Of a DNA stretch of 64,000 nucleotides, positions 26,285-39,484 are shown in pieces. Numbering within the stretch: the stretch's first letter is position 1; the number at the start of each line of letters is the position of its first letter. This DNA comes from the human T2T-CHM13v2.0 reference genome, Homo sapiens: the NCBI RefSeq assembly GCF_009914755.1, contig NC_060928.1; one strand, 5' to 3'. The translations under genes were made by a program, and so were the position numbers. The notes below the pieces were generated by a model, which searched no databases, had not been told where the DNA came from, and saw only the letters and a program-made list of their open reading frames with translations.

Positions 26285-28225
26285 ACTTTATGGACAACAT
26301 TTTTTAAAGTTGTCATTTCATAAGTCCTATTGGATTTGGTAATATAAAGGTGACTTAGTTATTTTTAAAACTCCTAACCACAATAGAAGACATAGACTTC
26401 TTCCATCATGGCAGAACCTGAACTGTTACATTGGCTTCTAGATTATTTATTCTTACAGTTGGAGGTAGGGTAAGTAAGATGATCTCATATATATTCAGTT
26501 TCTAAAACTCATAAACATTTATCTTTCAAACCAACATTCCTATCAACCAGGGAAAATAAGACATTGCTACTTCTTATGTCTCTTTAACAAAGTAATTTAA
26601 TTGTTTGTCGAAAGAAAGGTATTCTAGATGCATGTGTAGCATAGAATCTTGAATAGAGATGGTTTGGAAGAATTTCAAAATGTTCAGGGAAGAAAGGTTA
26701 ACCTCAAACAAAAAATGAATAATTTTAGACTGCCAAACTTAATTATGGGTTGGAATTAAATGTTCTCCATTAATGCAGTTATTTGTTGAGTTGAGATTGA
26801 AGGAGCTCAGTAGTGGGCTTTTTAATTACCTGTTTTAGTGTAGAAGGCACTCAAGTGGTAACCGAGCGGACACCATTTACACGAGCATGCACTTTGTCGA
26901 AATATTGTTCAGAATGTTAATTACATTCCCCGAACAGAATGACTTATTTTCTGCTAGTCTGAAGTTAAACAGATCCCACCATAGCAGAGATGGAGCCACC
27001 AGGTGAGAGGGAAGATGTCTCACTTGACACCTGGGCTTTATTGCTAGGGCCCAAATGGACCCATTTGCCATGAGTTAGGAAAATTCTCAGCTAGAGATCA
27101 GGAAACCTTGAGCAAAGTTGTCCTTCCACTTCTACTCTCTCATGTTTAGACTTCGCCCTTCCCATCCTTTGGGCACCTTGCGTGTTCATGGTCTTTATAG
27201 CTACTTCCTAATTAAAGAAAAATTAAAAGCCTGCTTTCAAGACTGGACATGAAACCTATTTTTTAATCATATTTAGTCCACTGATAAGGCTTATTCTGTG
27301 ACTCTTCTTAGGGAATGTTGGCTCTTACAAAATGCAAAGGCTTATGTACAATAATGTGTTTTTAATAGTGAACTTTTAGCATTAGTAAGTCCTAAACCAA
27401 GGTTAAATCATCCATGAACACATCTTAAGTATCTTCTATGGAAATGGTTTCTATTACACCTTGCTGATACATCCAAATTTCAACTCTTGTTCTATTAATG
27501 ACTCAGGCTGGGAAAAAATTGCAGCATCCTTTCTATTCCATGTACGTCCTGCCCTCATTGAAAAATAGACCTTAAGCCGAATAGGAATGTTACAGAATAA
27601 GAGCAAAAACTGTCCTTTCAGAGGTCTTTTAATATGTCTCATTTTTTTCTGGTAGAGAAAATTTAAAATCAATATTTTCACCTTCTTTCTTCTTTTAGGA
27701 AGCCACCCTCTCCGACCCAGCTTAGAAGGCATTTGTTCAATATCACTGCTTTTGTTTCACTCTTGAGTTTGCCTGGACTAATAGATACTGTATTTCCCAA
27801 CCTTTCATACCAAGGTTTGTGGTAGGACTTCTCAGGTCTTAACATGTCAAGGATTAAATGAGATAGGGTGGTGGCTCAGGTCACATATAAAGGTAGCATG
27901 CTAGGCAATCGTTTTTTTCTCTACCTTAATCATCAAAAGTCAAACATGAGTGAGAAGCAAAACCAGAGAAATACACATACAAATGGACAAACTGGTTGGG
28001 AATCCATGCCCTGAAAGACTCAAGCCTGGGCCTAAATTGCTGGGAACGTTGCTGGTCAAAAATTAACTCACAGAAGGGCTACAAAAAAAAGGAAAGGATG
28101 TGAGCTGACATGATGATATGATCTTTACCAAATCTTCACTGGATGAAACAAACAGGGAAAGGAGAAATGAGCGAAAGAGACAGAAAGAGATCGTTATTGA
28201 GAAATCATCTATAAGATCATAAGGT

Positions 28226-28530
28226 GGCTGGCAGCAGTGGCTCACGCCTGTACTCCCAGCACTTTGGGAGGCCAAGGCAGGCAGATCATGAGGTCAGGAG
28301 TTTGAGACCAGCCTGCCCAACATGGTGAAACCCTGTCTCTACTGAAAAAACAAAAATTTGCTGGGCATGGTGGCATGCCCCTGTAATCCCAGCTACTCAG
28401 GAGGCTGAGGCAGGAGAATCGCCTGACCCTGGGAGACGAGGTTGCAGTGAGCCGAGATCACGCCGCTGCACTCCAGCCTGGGCGACAGAGCAAGACTCTG
28501 TCTCAAAAAACAAACAAACAAACAAACAAA
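28226..28530 (+). mobile_element. Alu (AluSg-like) with (CAAA)n tail
   Basis: Full dimer containing GATCATGAGGTC (2-bp deletion form); CATAAGG on both flanks. Confidence 0.95.
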
Positions 28531-29699
28531 CCATAAGGCATGGTCTCAAATGCAGTTCTCTGGTCTACATTTACATTTACCACTCACAATAAGGAAGAGA
28601 GTAAATGATCTGAGGAATCTAGACCTCTCTCATTGTGTCTCTGCTGAGCCTTCAATCTTGTAAAAAAGGACATGGTACCTTTAATAATCTTGGCACACAA
28701 AGTGTTCTATTAAATAGCAGACATTTGTGAGTTTTTATACAATGTGATTCATTGAATTTTGATTAATATTATTATTTAAAAAGAATTTCCCTAGGGAATT
28801 GAAGTTAGATGCAAAACAAAGAATTAAATATAAAAATGTCACACAAAATTAGAAACCATCAGAAGAGAACCTGAATAGGACAATTCTAGCACATTTAGTG
28901 CTTAGGCTAAAGATGAGTTCCTTTACACAGGAACAAATTGGATATTTTAAGTAGCGTATCCTGTGCACATGCAGTACCACTGAAGCCCAATGAACAGTAA
29001 GCTTAGTTATTGAGATCTGTCAGTATCTCCTACTCCCACCCTGGCTAACTACATAGCAGTGAACTTTCCAGAATAGATTCACATTTTCTCCTCATCTCTT
29101 AGGATTAGCTGCAAGTGTGTCTAAACCTGGATGTAAGAGGAGAGTGTAAACTTTGTGAAAATACGGACTGCAATCTGGTAATGGCCTAACCCAGCAAAAT
29201 CCAATCACCGACATGGAATAGTCACTAGTGTTGAAGCATGCATGAATTTTTACACAAGTATACCACCTCACAAAGATATTATACAGGATAGAATGGACAG
29301 AAGTGTGGTAAAGTATGTTCCTGATAGGGAATGACTTTAGCTATGGTAGGAAAGTGACAACATAGCAGTAAACAGCCAAACTCTGAGCAAGAGACTGAAG
29401 TCTGGAGACCACAAAATGCATAGCACAGATTTTTCATGAGAATAAGCAATAGTAAAATCTACCACCTGAAGAGGCTGCACAGAGTTGTGAGAGGCAGGTG
29501 ATTCATTCAAAACATAATTTTATATAGCCTGTGAGGTTAAAGAAGGTCAAGGATTCACGAGATGCTGATAATACCTAGAGTTTCTATTTAGAGAACAAAG
29601 CATTCATTTCTGTGCAGAAGGGTCGGTCCATCATCATTCAAAAAGCTCTTAGTAATCACTGACCTGTAGAAAGAGGCAGGTTCATTGAACAAATAGCAA

Positions 29700-30450
29700 A
29701 TAGATTGGGAAAAAGTCTATATGGTTTCTATAAATGGAAATCATGCCTGATTAAACAACCTGAATTCTCTCAGGCATAAACAGATCTTTTAAAAGAATAA
29801 ACAAATGCCTTATAGACAAGGAACTACCAGTGGAAGTAATTTAATTAGACATGCAGAAAGCCTTGAACAAGGTAGGGCCTCATGAGGTATGTCACTAGAG
29901 GGACTCTCAAAACACTGGATATCCATGCATCCGGGCTTTTGGGGATATGATTCACATGGCAGGTGGGATATTAGATTACCCAGGAATGTTTAAACCGTGC
30001 CCCCTTGGATTTCCGCAGAGGTGCCCTGGGGGTAATGCAGGCTGAGGGAGCTGTTGGTGGACCTTGCTTCCATAGGGGATATTTTATCTGCAATATGTTT
30101 TACATATTGCAGTTCCCAGTAAGGTTTCATTGGAAGGTTTGGAGACAACTCTAATAGATTGCCTTTGTAATGCCTTTTATTTTTATGAAGAGTCTGTCAT
30201 TGACATTCTTGTCCACCCCAGTAGATATAAAGTTTTAATCACTAAGAAATTGGAATAATCTTTTGAAACAAAAAACTGGATTCAAAGTAAGAAACAAAGC
30301 ATAGGCTAAATGGCACATTTTCTAGTTAGTAAATAAGTAAAATGGTGGTTTATACTAATAATCAATGCTGAAGTCCATCTTATTAGTTGATTAACTAATT
30401 AACTGATAGTCAATGAGAAGATTTCAATGTCAAATTTTGCATCTAATTTA
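29700..30450 (+). mobile_element. CR1/L3 LINE reverse-transcriptase fossil, interrupted by a hAT MITE
   Basis: Decayed RT motifs in order: GFYKWKSCL (29723), IDKELPVEVI*LDMQKALNKVGPH (29812-29883), NWIQSKKQSIG (30274) and SNFASN at the KFADD position (30430-30447). Confidence 0.75.
29896..30152. mobile_element. hAT-Charlie-type MITE inserted in the CR1
   Basis: Degenerate ends gggactctcaaa and tttggagacaact; the segment interrupts the CR1 motif series. Confidence 0.5.
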
Positions 30451-30747
30451 TCATGGAGAAAACTTCAATTCGGTTGGTACAAATACCACTTTAATCTTCA
30501 TGTGAGGCAAAATTGAGGAGGAGTGCTATGAGCTAATTCAGTCTTAGAGAAACTTCTCTATACTATGGATTCTTCAAGACTACTACAAATAAGAATAACT
30601 TTCTGATCATTCCACAGCCCAGTTTTACTTACCTATGTGTTGCTGGGATGAGGGAGCATGCTGTTTACCCCTAGGTTTGTTTTGTGGTATCTGATTTCTT
30701 ATGGTATAACTAAGCCCTTTAACTTGTCTAGTTTTAATTTTAATGTA

Positions 30748-30871
30748 ATTTTTTTGAGAAGGAGTCTTGTTACATTGCCTAGGCTAGTCTTAAATTCCTG
30801 GGCTCAAGCAGTCCTTCCATTTCACCCTACTGAGTAACTGGGACTACAGGCATGCAACACGGCACCTGGCT
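30748..30871 (-). mobile_element. FLAM / Alu monomer
   Basis: Antisense left-monomer-like sequence of about 120 bp with a T tail. Confidence 0.85.
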
Positions 30872-33800
30872 GATTTCTCTATTTTATGTGACAAATTCAT
30901 AGATGTAGCTTCTATTAATGTCATTTTATGGTGTCTGAGGATTAATGAATATCTTGTACCTAAAGACTTTTTAATATTTTTATGTAGTTGTAAAGATATT
31001 TTCTTGCTGCAACATTAAAGCCTAAAGAAAAAAATGTAAGAAATTCTATGCTAAGTAAAATCTGCAGTATGCGAAGCAGGTGTTCTGCCTCTGGTGGTCA
31101 AAGATGGGTTGTGGAAGGCCATGCCTCCCCTCTAAAACATGAATTTTATAGAGCTTATCCAATTTTATGACTTTAACTATAACTTCTCTGCTGGTAACTT
31201 CCAAATACCTACCTCTAGCCCTGACACATCCTCCAGATAGTAAGCCTCTTATTCAACCGCTTGCTGGTCATTTCCAATTGTAAAATCTACCCGCTGTCAA
31301 ACACAGTATTCCAAAACTGGACTTAGAACCTTACAGTCCAAATCATCATTGCCATTATTTCTAATTTCTGTCAGTGGTACTATGCAAGTACCAAGATATG
31401 GAATCATTTTTGACTCATCAATCACTCATGTCATTTCTATTATTTTATGGTGTCACCAAATAAATACACTTGAATGACAATTCTCTGGGGCACACACCTT
31501 AGGAAATGGATGACAAAGTGTTCCCATGCTTTATAATTCATGAATTTTATTTGCCAGAAAAAACATCAAGGAATAAAGATGATCTCCAATAGTGAACTTT
31601 CTGACATGTGCTTTATATAGGTGACAATCTATAAACCTTATACAGAATCACACAGAAAGTAAGGGAACTGGAATGACAGTCCTGTCATACCTGAATACCA
31701 GACTACTCTTAAGTTTACCATCATATCCTGAATGACATAGTAAGTAAAGAGGTGTCATATGCAAGTGGGATAAATAAAACCCACAGAAATATCTCAGCTT
31801 TCCAGGGTATTGCCCCATAACCGCAGAATAAAACAACCCTGTAAACATTTCTGTACTTGCATTGGTAAGACTATTTGTTTCTCTTGGTGGGATTAACTTC
31901 CACATGTTGTTTTCAGTCATAGTAAATACAAGCAAATAATTATAAAGATAGTTTGCAGTATGATAGAAAGCATACTAGGAAATCAACTCTTATGACTTTA
32001 TACTTAGTTTAAAAATCCAACAGGGTCTCTCCTGCAGTCAGTGGCATGCTTTGTCTCCTTGTGAATATTCCACTTCAATACTCGTTCCTGTTAGGGGATG
32101 AGTGTTGGCAGGCTAATATTAATGAATTCAGCAGCCTCGATTAATTTCCAGTATGAAAATAGCCTTAAAATGAGTCATGAAAGCCACACAAGAAAGATGG
32201 CACTTTAAGATGAATGTACGGTGTTGACCTTCACCATTTCTTCATTTCTTCATTACATTATTCATAATTGGTTGGATAAATTATACTATTATTCATTTTA
32301 AGCATTTTTCTGCTAAATGTTAAGTGTCCAATTCCAGGATTTTATGGTTTCAAATCGAAGAATTAATATCCCATGGTTACTCTACAATAAACATATTTAA
32401 TCTTCTATTCTATCATTATGAAACACAAAGTTACTAAAAAATAACTATCAGATCCATTTATTTAAAAATATTTTGCTAGGAAAATAATAATGCTTCACAT
32501 AATTCTATTTTTCTAAAGGCTTTGACATGTGATTTAAATTTCTCTTTGGTTTGGAAATCTGGACATCTGTAATTGAACTGTCAGGTTTCCCAGGTAAAAT
32601 TTGATTCTGTAAAAAGTGACTTTTTTCTTTTTTTTCCCCCATCCATTCTATGGAAACTAACAAAGGTGAACTACAGCTATTGTGCTTTTTAAAAAAATTG
32701 GATCATTGGTCTTTTCATGGAAAGAATTAAAAGCTTTGAGAAGTGATGTTGGCAAAGTGAAGATTTGATTAAATGGTTACTTTTGGTTTGGTAGATTCGG
32801 ACAGTGAGGGAAAAGAGGGCTGGTTGAGAATATTTATTTAAGACAAGAAAACAAATCACAGCAAATTTATAAATTTAAATTTAAATTCAGAGATTCTGAA
32901 GTATTTTGGCTTCCCTAGTAAATCCTACTAGGAAAATAACTTTGCTTTTCTGCTATTAACTTAGCAGATTCTCTGTGGTTAACAATGTTTTAAGGAATAA
33001 ACTAAACTAAAAGAAATGAGTCATGTCAGTGAGCAACGCAAAGTTCAAAAAGCCTTTGCTTCATGCAGAAGCTATATTGAAAGCATCTAAGACAGTGCAA
33101 GCAAACGTCTCGTCTTCAAAGTAATTCCTCTGTGGGGGGTGGTCTTCTTAGAATCTAATTTTATCAACCTATGATTTCTCCTCAAAATGCTCATCACTGT
33201 GTGACTGTCTTGTAAATACTTTCTTTTGGTCATCTTGTGATGTGAGCTGTTTTTCCTCAGGTGAATTTTTTATATGAGACTTGTTTCAGTTTAGCGCCTC
33301 TCAAATGGTAATATTCATTCTTATTTTTCATTCCCACGTTGAATTCTGCATTCTATAATAATGACTGACATGATGCTGCCAAGATAGATCAGTGTCATAT
33401 TTATCTTCACCTTGCAAAGCTTATTGCATTATTTAGTATTATGAGGCCTTTTCATTTATGCTGCTTTGCACCTTACTGGGTCCTGAAGTCCTGGCGAGCC
33501 CACTTACAATCTGATGTGACACAGCTGATAGGATTTGAACTGCATCACCTTAAGAGGCACTTGTAAGCCATTTATACCAAATTCCACGAAGAACAGAGCT
33601 GAAATCAGACAGGGTCATTTTCTCAAAAGGATTTTTTTAGTCCCAAGCTATTCCCATCAGATTTCCAGTGACTCCTTCAGGTCAAGTCGGAAGCAATGTC
33701 TTTTTTTTTTTTTTTGACAAGCAAGAGATTTGTTGTTGCTTGGTTGTTTTGCTGATATAATGGAAACCTGTTTACATCAGAAAATGTTATGCCTTTCTCT

Positions 33801-34629
33801 AGATAATTTGGCTTATCTACAATGTTCTTTGGTTATATATTTTCATATATATATATATATTTAAATGTTAACTTGTAACAATTCAGTAAAACAGATTAGG
33901 CAATTTATTTTAAAGTAGTTATGTAACATGATTTGATGTAAATATTGTCGTATATCCTAGGAGAATATAATATTTTGCTCTTCTTCTTCAAAAGCAATAT
34001 TTATTTAACTCTTTCCAATACATTCAAAAGATTTTTCTATAGCCTTCTAATTCTCATCAAAATCTTAATAGTGGAAAGAAAACTGTTCTCAAAGTCAGGA
34101 AATTTGGTGCTCTTGTAATAAACAAGGCGTCCTTAAGCATGTCTCTTAAACTCTCTGTTTTGATTCTTTTACCTGCTGGTTACCTTATCAAGTCCCAACT
34201 CTCTCACCTCTCACTTCCAATTCATCAACAAATTGTGTCAGACATACCTTCAAATATATCCCAAATTCGATTACATTCAAAACCACCACCCAAAACCAAG
34301 CCATACTATCCCTTCCCTGAATCATAACATCTAACTAGCCTCTGAGTTTCCAGTTCTGCTACACTCAAATCCATTCTCCATATGGAAGCCATAGGGATGT
34401 TTCTAAATGCCTTTTGGATTATATCACTTCTTACTCAAAACCGTTTATGGCTTTCTCTCTTAAAATAAAATCCAAAGATTTTATATAGCTCTAAGGCCCT
34501 AAGCAATCCCTCTGTGGCCACTCCCCAAGCTCGTCTCTCACCTTTCTTTCCGGTGTTCACTTGGCTGGAATGAGATTAACCACGACCGATGCAGGCCTTG
34601 AACGTGCCAAGCAGGCTCCCAGGTCAGAA

Positions 34630-35593
34630 CCTAACAAGGGCCATGAACTTGAAGCTTATGCCATTTGAGGAACCTTTTTTAGGTAAGTGAATACAAACAT
34701 TGGATATGAAAGTGAATATTTATTTAAGATAAAAAAACACAGCAAATTTATAAATTTAAATAAGCTGAAAATCACCATAACATAATATTTTTACATTAAA
34801 TAACTGTCTGCTACATGTCGGCACAATGGATGGTAGCTGTGTCCTTGGATTCCTACACTGGGAAGCCAACAAAGCTTAAGTAAAAAGTAATTGCAAACCA
34901 CATAAATATATCCCACTACACAAACAAAACGAGTCTCCACATGATGCCAACAAGGACACTGACCACTCCAACTCTATCTGACAGGAGTGAGGAGAGCATG
35001 ATGAAGGTAGAAAGAGGAGTGAAAAACAGCAGAAAATAACCAATTGTGGTTAAAATTCATGATTTTGCAAATTTTACAAGAAATACATGAGCTGCATACT
35101 ATGCAGCCATAAAAAGGAACGAGATCATGTTCTTTGCAGGGATATGAAGCTGGAAGCCATTATCCTCAGCAAACTAACACGGGAACAGAAAACCAAACAC
35201 CACGTGCCCTCACTTATAAGTGGGAGCCGAACAATGAGAACACATGGACATGGCGGGGGAACAACACACACTGGGGCCTGTCAGGGGAGGGCAGGGCTGG
35301 GGGAGAGCATTAGAGAAAAGAGCTAATGCATGCTGGGCTTAATACCTAGGTACTGGGTTGTGAGGTGCAGCAAACCACCATGGCACACGTTTGCCTATGT
35401 AACAAAACTGCGCATCCTGCACACATACCCATGTATCCCAGAACTTAAAACTAAAATTAAATTAAATTAAAAAAATAATACATGAGCATGTGAATTCAAG
35501 CCTAGAACCCTTCCCAGGGCCTTTGCAAGAGTTTGATCAAGTGAGCAGCCTTGAAGCTTGAGCTTCTTTAGTTTCAAGGTGAGTTTGCCTCTG
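34630..35593. mobile_element. Old DNA-transposon-like element (hAT-Tip100-type, tentative)
   Basis: Interrupts the L2 and ends ...ccttgaagcttgagcttctttagtttcaaggtgagtttgcctctg. Family assigned from memory only. Confidence 0.4.
35093..35476 (+). mobile_element. 5'-truncated L1PA (about PA10-13) 3' end
   Basis: ORF2 end (KLEAIILSKLT), 3' UTR and tail. Perfect 11-bp TSD AATACATGAGC at 35082-35092 and 35477-35487. Confidence 0.92.
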
Positions 35594-35730
35594 CCCTGTG
35601 CACTTGCTTTGTCCCTTCCTGGAATGTCCTGCTCTGACTCAGATCTCTAAAAAGTCCTTCTCCAGTGAGGTCTTTCTTGCCTATTTTAACTAAAGTAGGA
35701 TACTTTGTCATTCTTCTCTTCTTTACCTTA

Positions 35731-36091
<361 letters not shown>

Positions 36092-39017
36092 CTAATATTT
36101 ATATTAGCTGTGTACTTTTGTATTTGCTTATTTGCTTTAACTGCTAGGATGACAGCACCATGACTGAAAAGACATTGTTTTGTTCATTGATGCATCCTCA
36201 AAGTCTAGAACAGTTTTTAGTGTGTAGAGGGTGTTCAATAAATATCCATCAAATGAACGAATGGATGCATTATTTCTACAAATGTTTGTGAAAGCCAATA
36301 GGATTAAGGTACTTAAAAGTGATATGAGAACAGAGAGGTCTCATTGTTATAAAGGCATTAGTGATTCAGTTTTGGCCTCTCTAGAAGCCTGCTTCCTCAG
36401 AGAAAGGATATTTAATTGGAAAATACACAGGAAGGACTTTGGCAGTACAAGGAGAGATTTGGCTGGGTTTTAATTATGAATTTGTTAAAATTGGCTTGTA
36501 CTCTGTGAAGTGGTTTGAATGCCGTTCCCATGGTTTTACCTCACCATTGGGAAAAACTGGCGACATTTTAAATGGCAGTAGATGTTGGAAAGACAAATGG
36601 CATATTAAAACCCACACACCAGTGTGCAATGCTGCCTCAAACCAATAACAACCCTTCTTAATAAAAACAATGTTTCATCTCTTGCATAATAAAGATTTCT
36701 TCCCTTGAACCCAAATGGGCATTGTCTATTTCATGCAGACATGTGATATTTTTCCCCTTTAGCAAAAGTTGGAAAACTGCCTCCTTGTTGAGGCTGTGCA
36801 ATTTCTCAGTTCTCTCAGGATAGCTAGGCAGCTCATCACTCACAATGATAGCTCCATTCACAAACTGACATCATAAAAACATGAAGGAAGATAAAGAAAG
36901 TATTGTGCAAAGAACTTTAAGCCAAGAGAAAAATAAACCCTTTAGATACTTCAGAATTGAATTCCAATATGCCATGAATGGCAATGTCTTGAAATTTCTC
37001 TGTTTTAAATTCTTCTTAATATGAGAACTCCAAATCACTGGGTGTAATATAAACTTGCCAGTCTTCAAATTAGCCAAACACTGTAAATAACTCCTGCAAA
37101 TTGAACAACTGATGGCTGTTATGTTTTCATGTCCTTAAGGCTAAAAAAATAGGGATGAAAGGAAAGGCGCTATCCTAAATCCATAAAGGAATGAAGCCAT
37201 TGATAAACATAGGATGACAGTTTCCTAGGCCTGGAAAAATTAGGTTAACTTTAATAAAAATTGATTTTGAAAAAGCAGAATTTATTTATTTATATTTATT
37301 AGCATAGTTTGTTCAAAATTATATGATTAGTTAGGTGTCTGTACTGTGTGTCAGGCTAATTATGGTAAGCCACTGAGACTTGTATCTCAGAAAAATGTCC
37401 TTTCCTTTGAAAAAACCAACTTAATTAATCAACTATAAGATGTATGGGCCAGGGCTGTCAAAGCCATACGAACAATTGCTTAGGTGCCCAGAAATACCAT
37501 GATAAAGCAAATACTGCAATAAAGTGAGTCACACACAATTTTTGGTTTCCCAGTGTATATAAAATTATGTTTACACTATATTACAGTCTATTAAGTGTGC
37601 AATAGCATTATGTCTATAAAACAATGCATGTACCTTAATTTAAAATACTTTATTACTAAAATATGCTAATGATCATCTTGCCTTGATGTTGATGTCTGCT
37701 GACTGATCAGGGTGGTGGTTGCTGAGGCTGAAGTTGATGTGACAGTTTCTTAAAATAAGACAATGGTGTTTGCTGCAGAGATTGACACTTTCTTTCATGA
37801 AAGACTTCTCTATAGCATGTGATGTTGTTCTATAGCATTTTATTCATAGTAGAACTTCTTTCAAAATTGGAGTTAATATTTTCAAACCCTACTGCTTCTT
37901 TATCAACTAAGTTTATGGAATATTCTAAATCCTTTGTTGTGATTTCCACAATGGTCACAGCGTTTTCATTTGGCATAAATTCCATCTAAAACAAAACACT
38001 TTATTTGTTCATCTATAGGAAATAACTCCTCATCCATCCAAGTTTTATCATGAGATTGCAACAATTCAGTCACATTTTCAGGCTGCACTTCCAATTCTAG
38101 TTCTCCTGCTATTTCTATACATCTGTAGTCAATTCCTCCACTGAAGTCTTGAACCCCTCAAAATCATCCATGAGGGTTGGAATCAACTTCTTCTAAACTC
38201 CTGTTACTGTTGATATTTTCACCTCCTCTCATGAATCACAAATGTTCTTAATGACATCTAGAATGGTGAATCCTTTCCAGAAGGTTTTCAATTTACTTTT
38301 CCCAGATAAATCAGAAGAATCATTATCTCTGGTAGCTATAATATTACAAAATGTTTTCTTAGATAATAGGACTTGAAACCTGGAATTACTCCTCGAATGA
38401 ACGAATGAATGCAGAATGAATGTTGTGTTAGAGGGCTGGAAAACAGCATCAGTTTCCTCTTACATCTCCATCAGAACTCTTGGGTGACCAGGTACATTGT
38501 TAATGAACAGTGCTATCTTGAAAGGATTCTTTTTTTTCTGAGAAGTAGATCTTAACAATGTGCTTACTATATTCAGTAAACTGTGCTGCAAACAGACATG
38601 TTGTCATCTTGGCTTTGTTATTTCATTTATAGAGCACAGGAAGAGTAGATTTACCGTAACTCTTAAGAGTCCTAGGATTTTCAGAATGGTAAATAAGCAT
38701 TGGCTTCAACTTAAAGTCACCAGCTGCATTTGCCCCTAACAAGAGGGTCAGCCTGTCCTTTGAAGCTGTGAAGGGAAGGCAGATATTGACATATCCTCTC
38801 TAGCTATGAGAGTTCTAGATGTCATCTTCTTCCAATAGAAGGCTGTTTCATCTACATTTAGAATTTATTGTTTAGTGTAGCCAACTTCATCAATTATCTT
38901 AGCTGAATCTTCTGGATGACTTGTAGCAGCTTCTACATTAATGCTTGCTGCTTTACTTTGGACTTTTATGTTATAGTGGTGGCTTCCTTCCTTTTTTTCT
39001 GAGCATGAGTATATTTT

Positions 39018-39087
39018 ATTATTATTATTATTACTATTATTGTTATTGTTATTATTTGAGTCTCGCTCTGTCGCCCAGGCTGGAGTG
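39018..39087 (-). mobile_element. Severely 5'-truncated Alu (30 bp of body plus (TTA)n tail)
   Basis: GAGTCTCGCTCTGTCGCCCAGGCTGGAGTG at 39058-39087 is the Alu 3' terminus. It is flanked by imperfect repeats at 39001-39017 and 39088-39104. Confidence 0.8.
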
Positions 39088-39104
39088 GAACACGAGTACG
39101 TTTT

Positions 39105-39484
39105 ATTTTATTTTTATTTATTTATTTTTTCCTTTCAACTTTTATTTAAGTTCTGGGGTACATGTGCAGGATATGCAGGTTTGTTACATAGGTAAATGGT
39201 TTGCTGCGCAGATCAACCCATCACCTAGGTACTAAGCCCAGCATCCATTAGCTCTTCTTCCTGATGCTCTCCCTCCCCTTAACCCCACTCCCAACAGGCC
39301 CCAGTGTGTGTTGTTTACCCCTATGTGTCCATGTATTCTCATTGTTCAGCTCCCACTCCTAAGTGAGAACATGTGGTGTTTTGTTTTCTGTTCCTGCATT
39401 AGTTTGCTGAGGATAATGGCTTCTAGCTTCATCCGTGTCTCTGAAAAGGAAATGTCATTCCTTTTTATGGCTGTATAGTATTCT
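39105..39484 (-). mobile_element. 5'-truncated L1PA 3' end inserted in Tigger1
   Basis: Antisense L1 3' UTR (ttctggggtacatgtgcagg...ttttatggctgtatagtattc). TSD GCTTCCTT(C/T)CTT at 38982-38993 and 39489-39500. Confidence 0.88.

Noticed and set aside
31085-31100. CTCF-like CTGCCTCTGGTGGTCA
   Set aside because: Lacks one base of the GGGC/TGGC core, so the match is only partial.
32170-33024. Two ATGAGTCAT AP-1 motifs (32170 and 33016)
   Set aside because: A few such short motifs are expected by chance in 64 kb of AT-rich DNA, and there is no other support.
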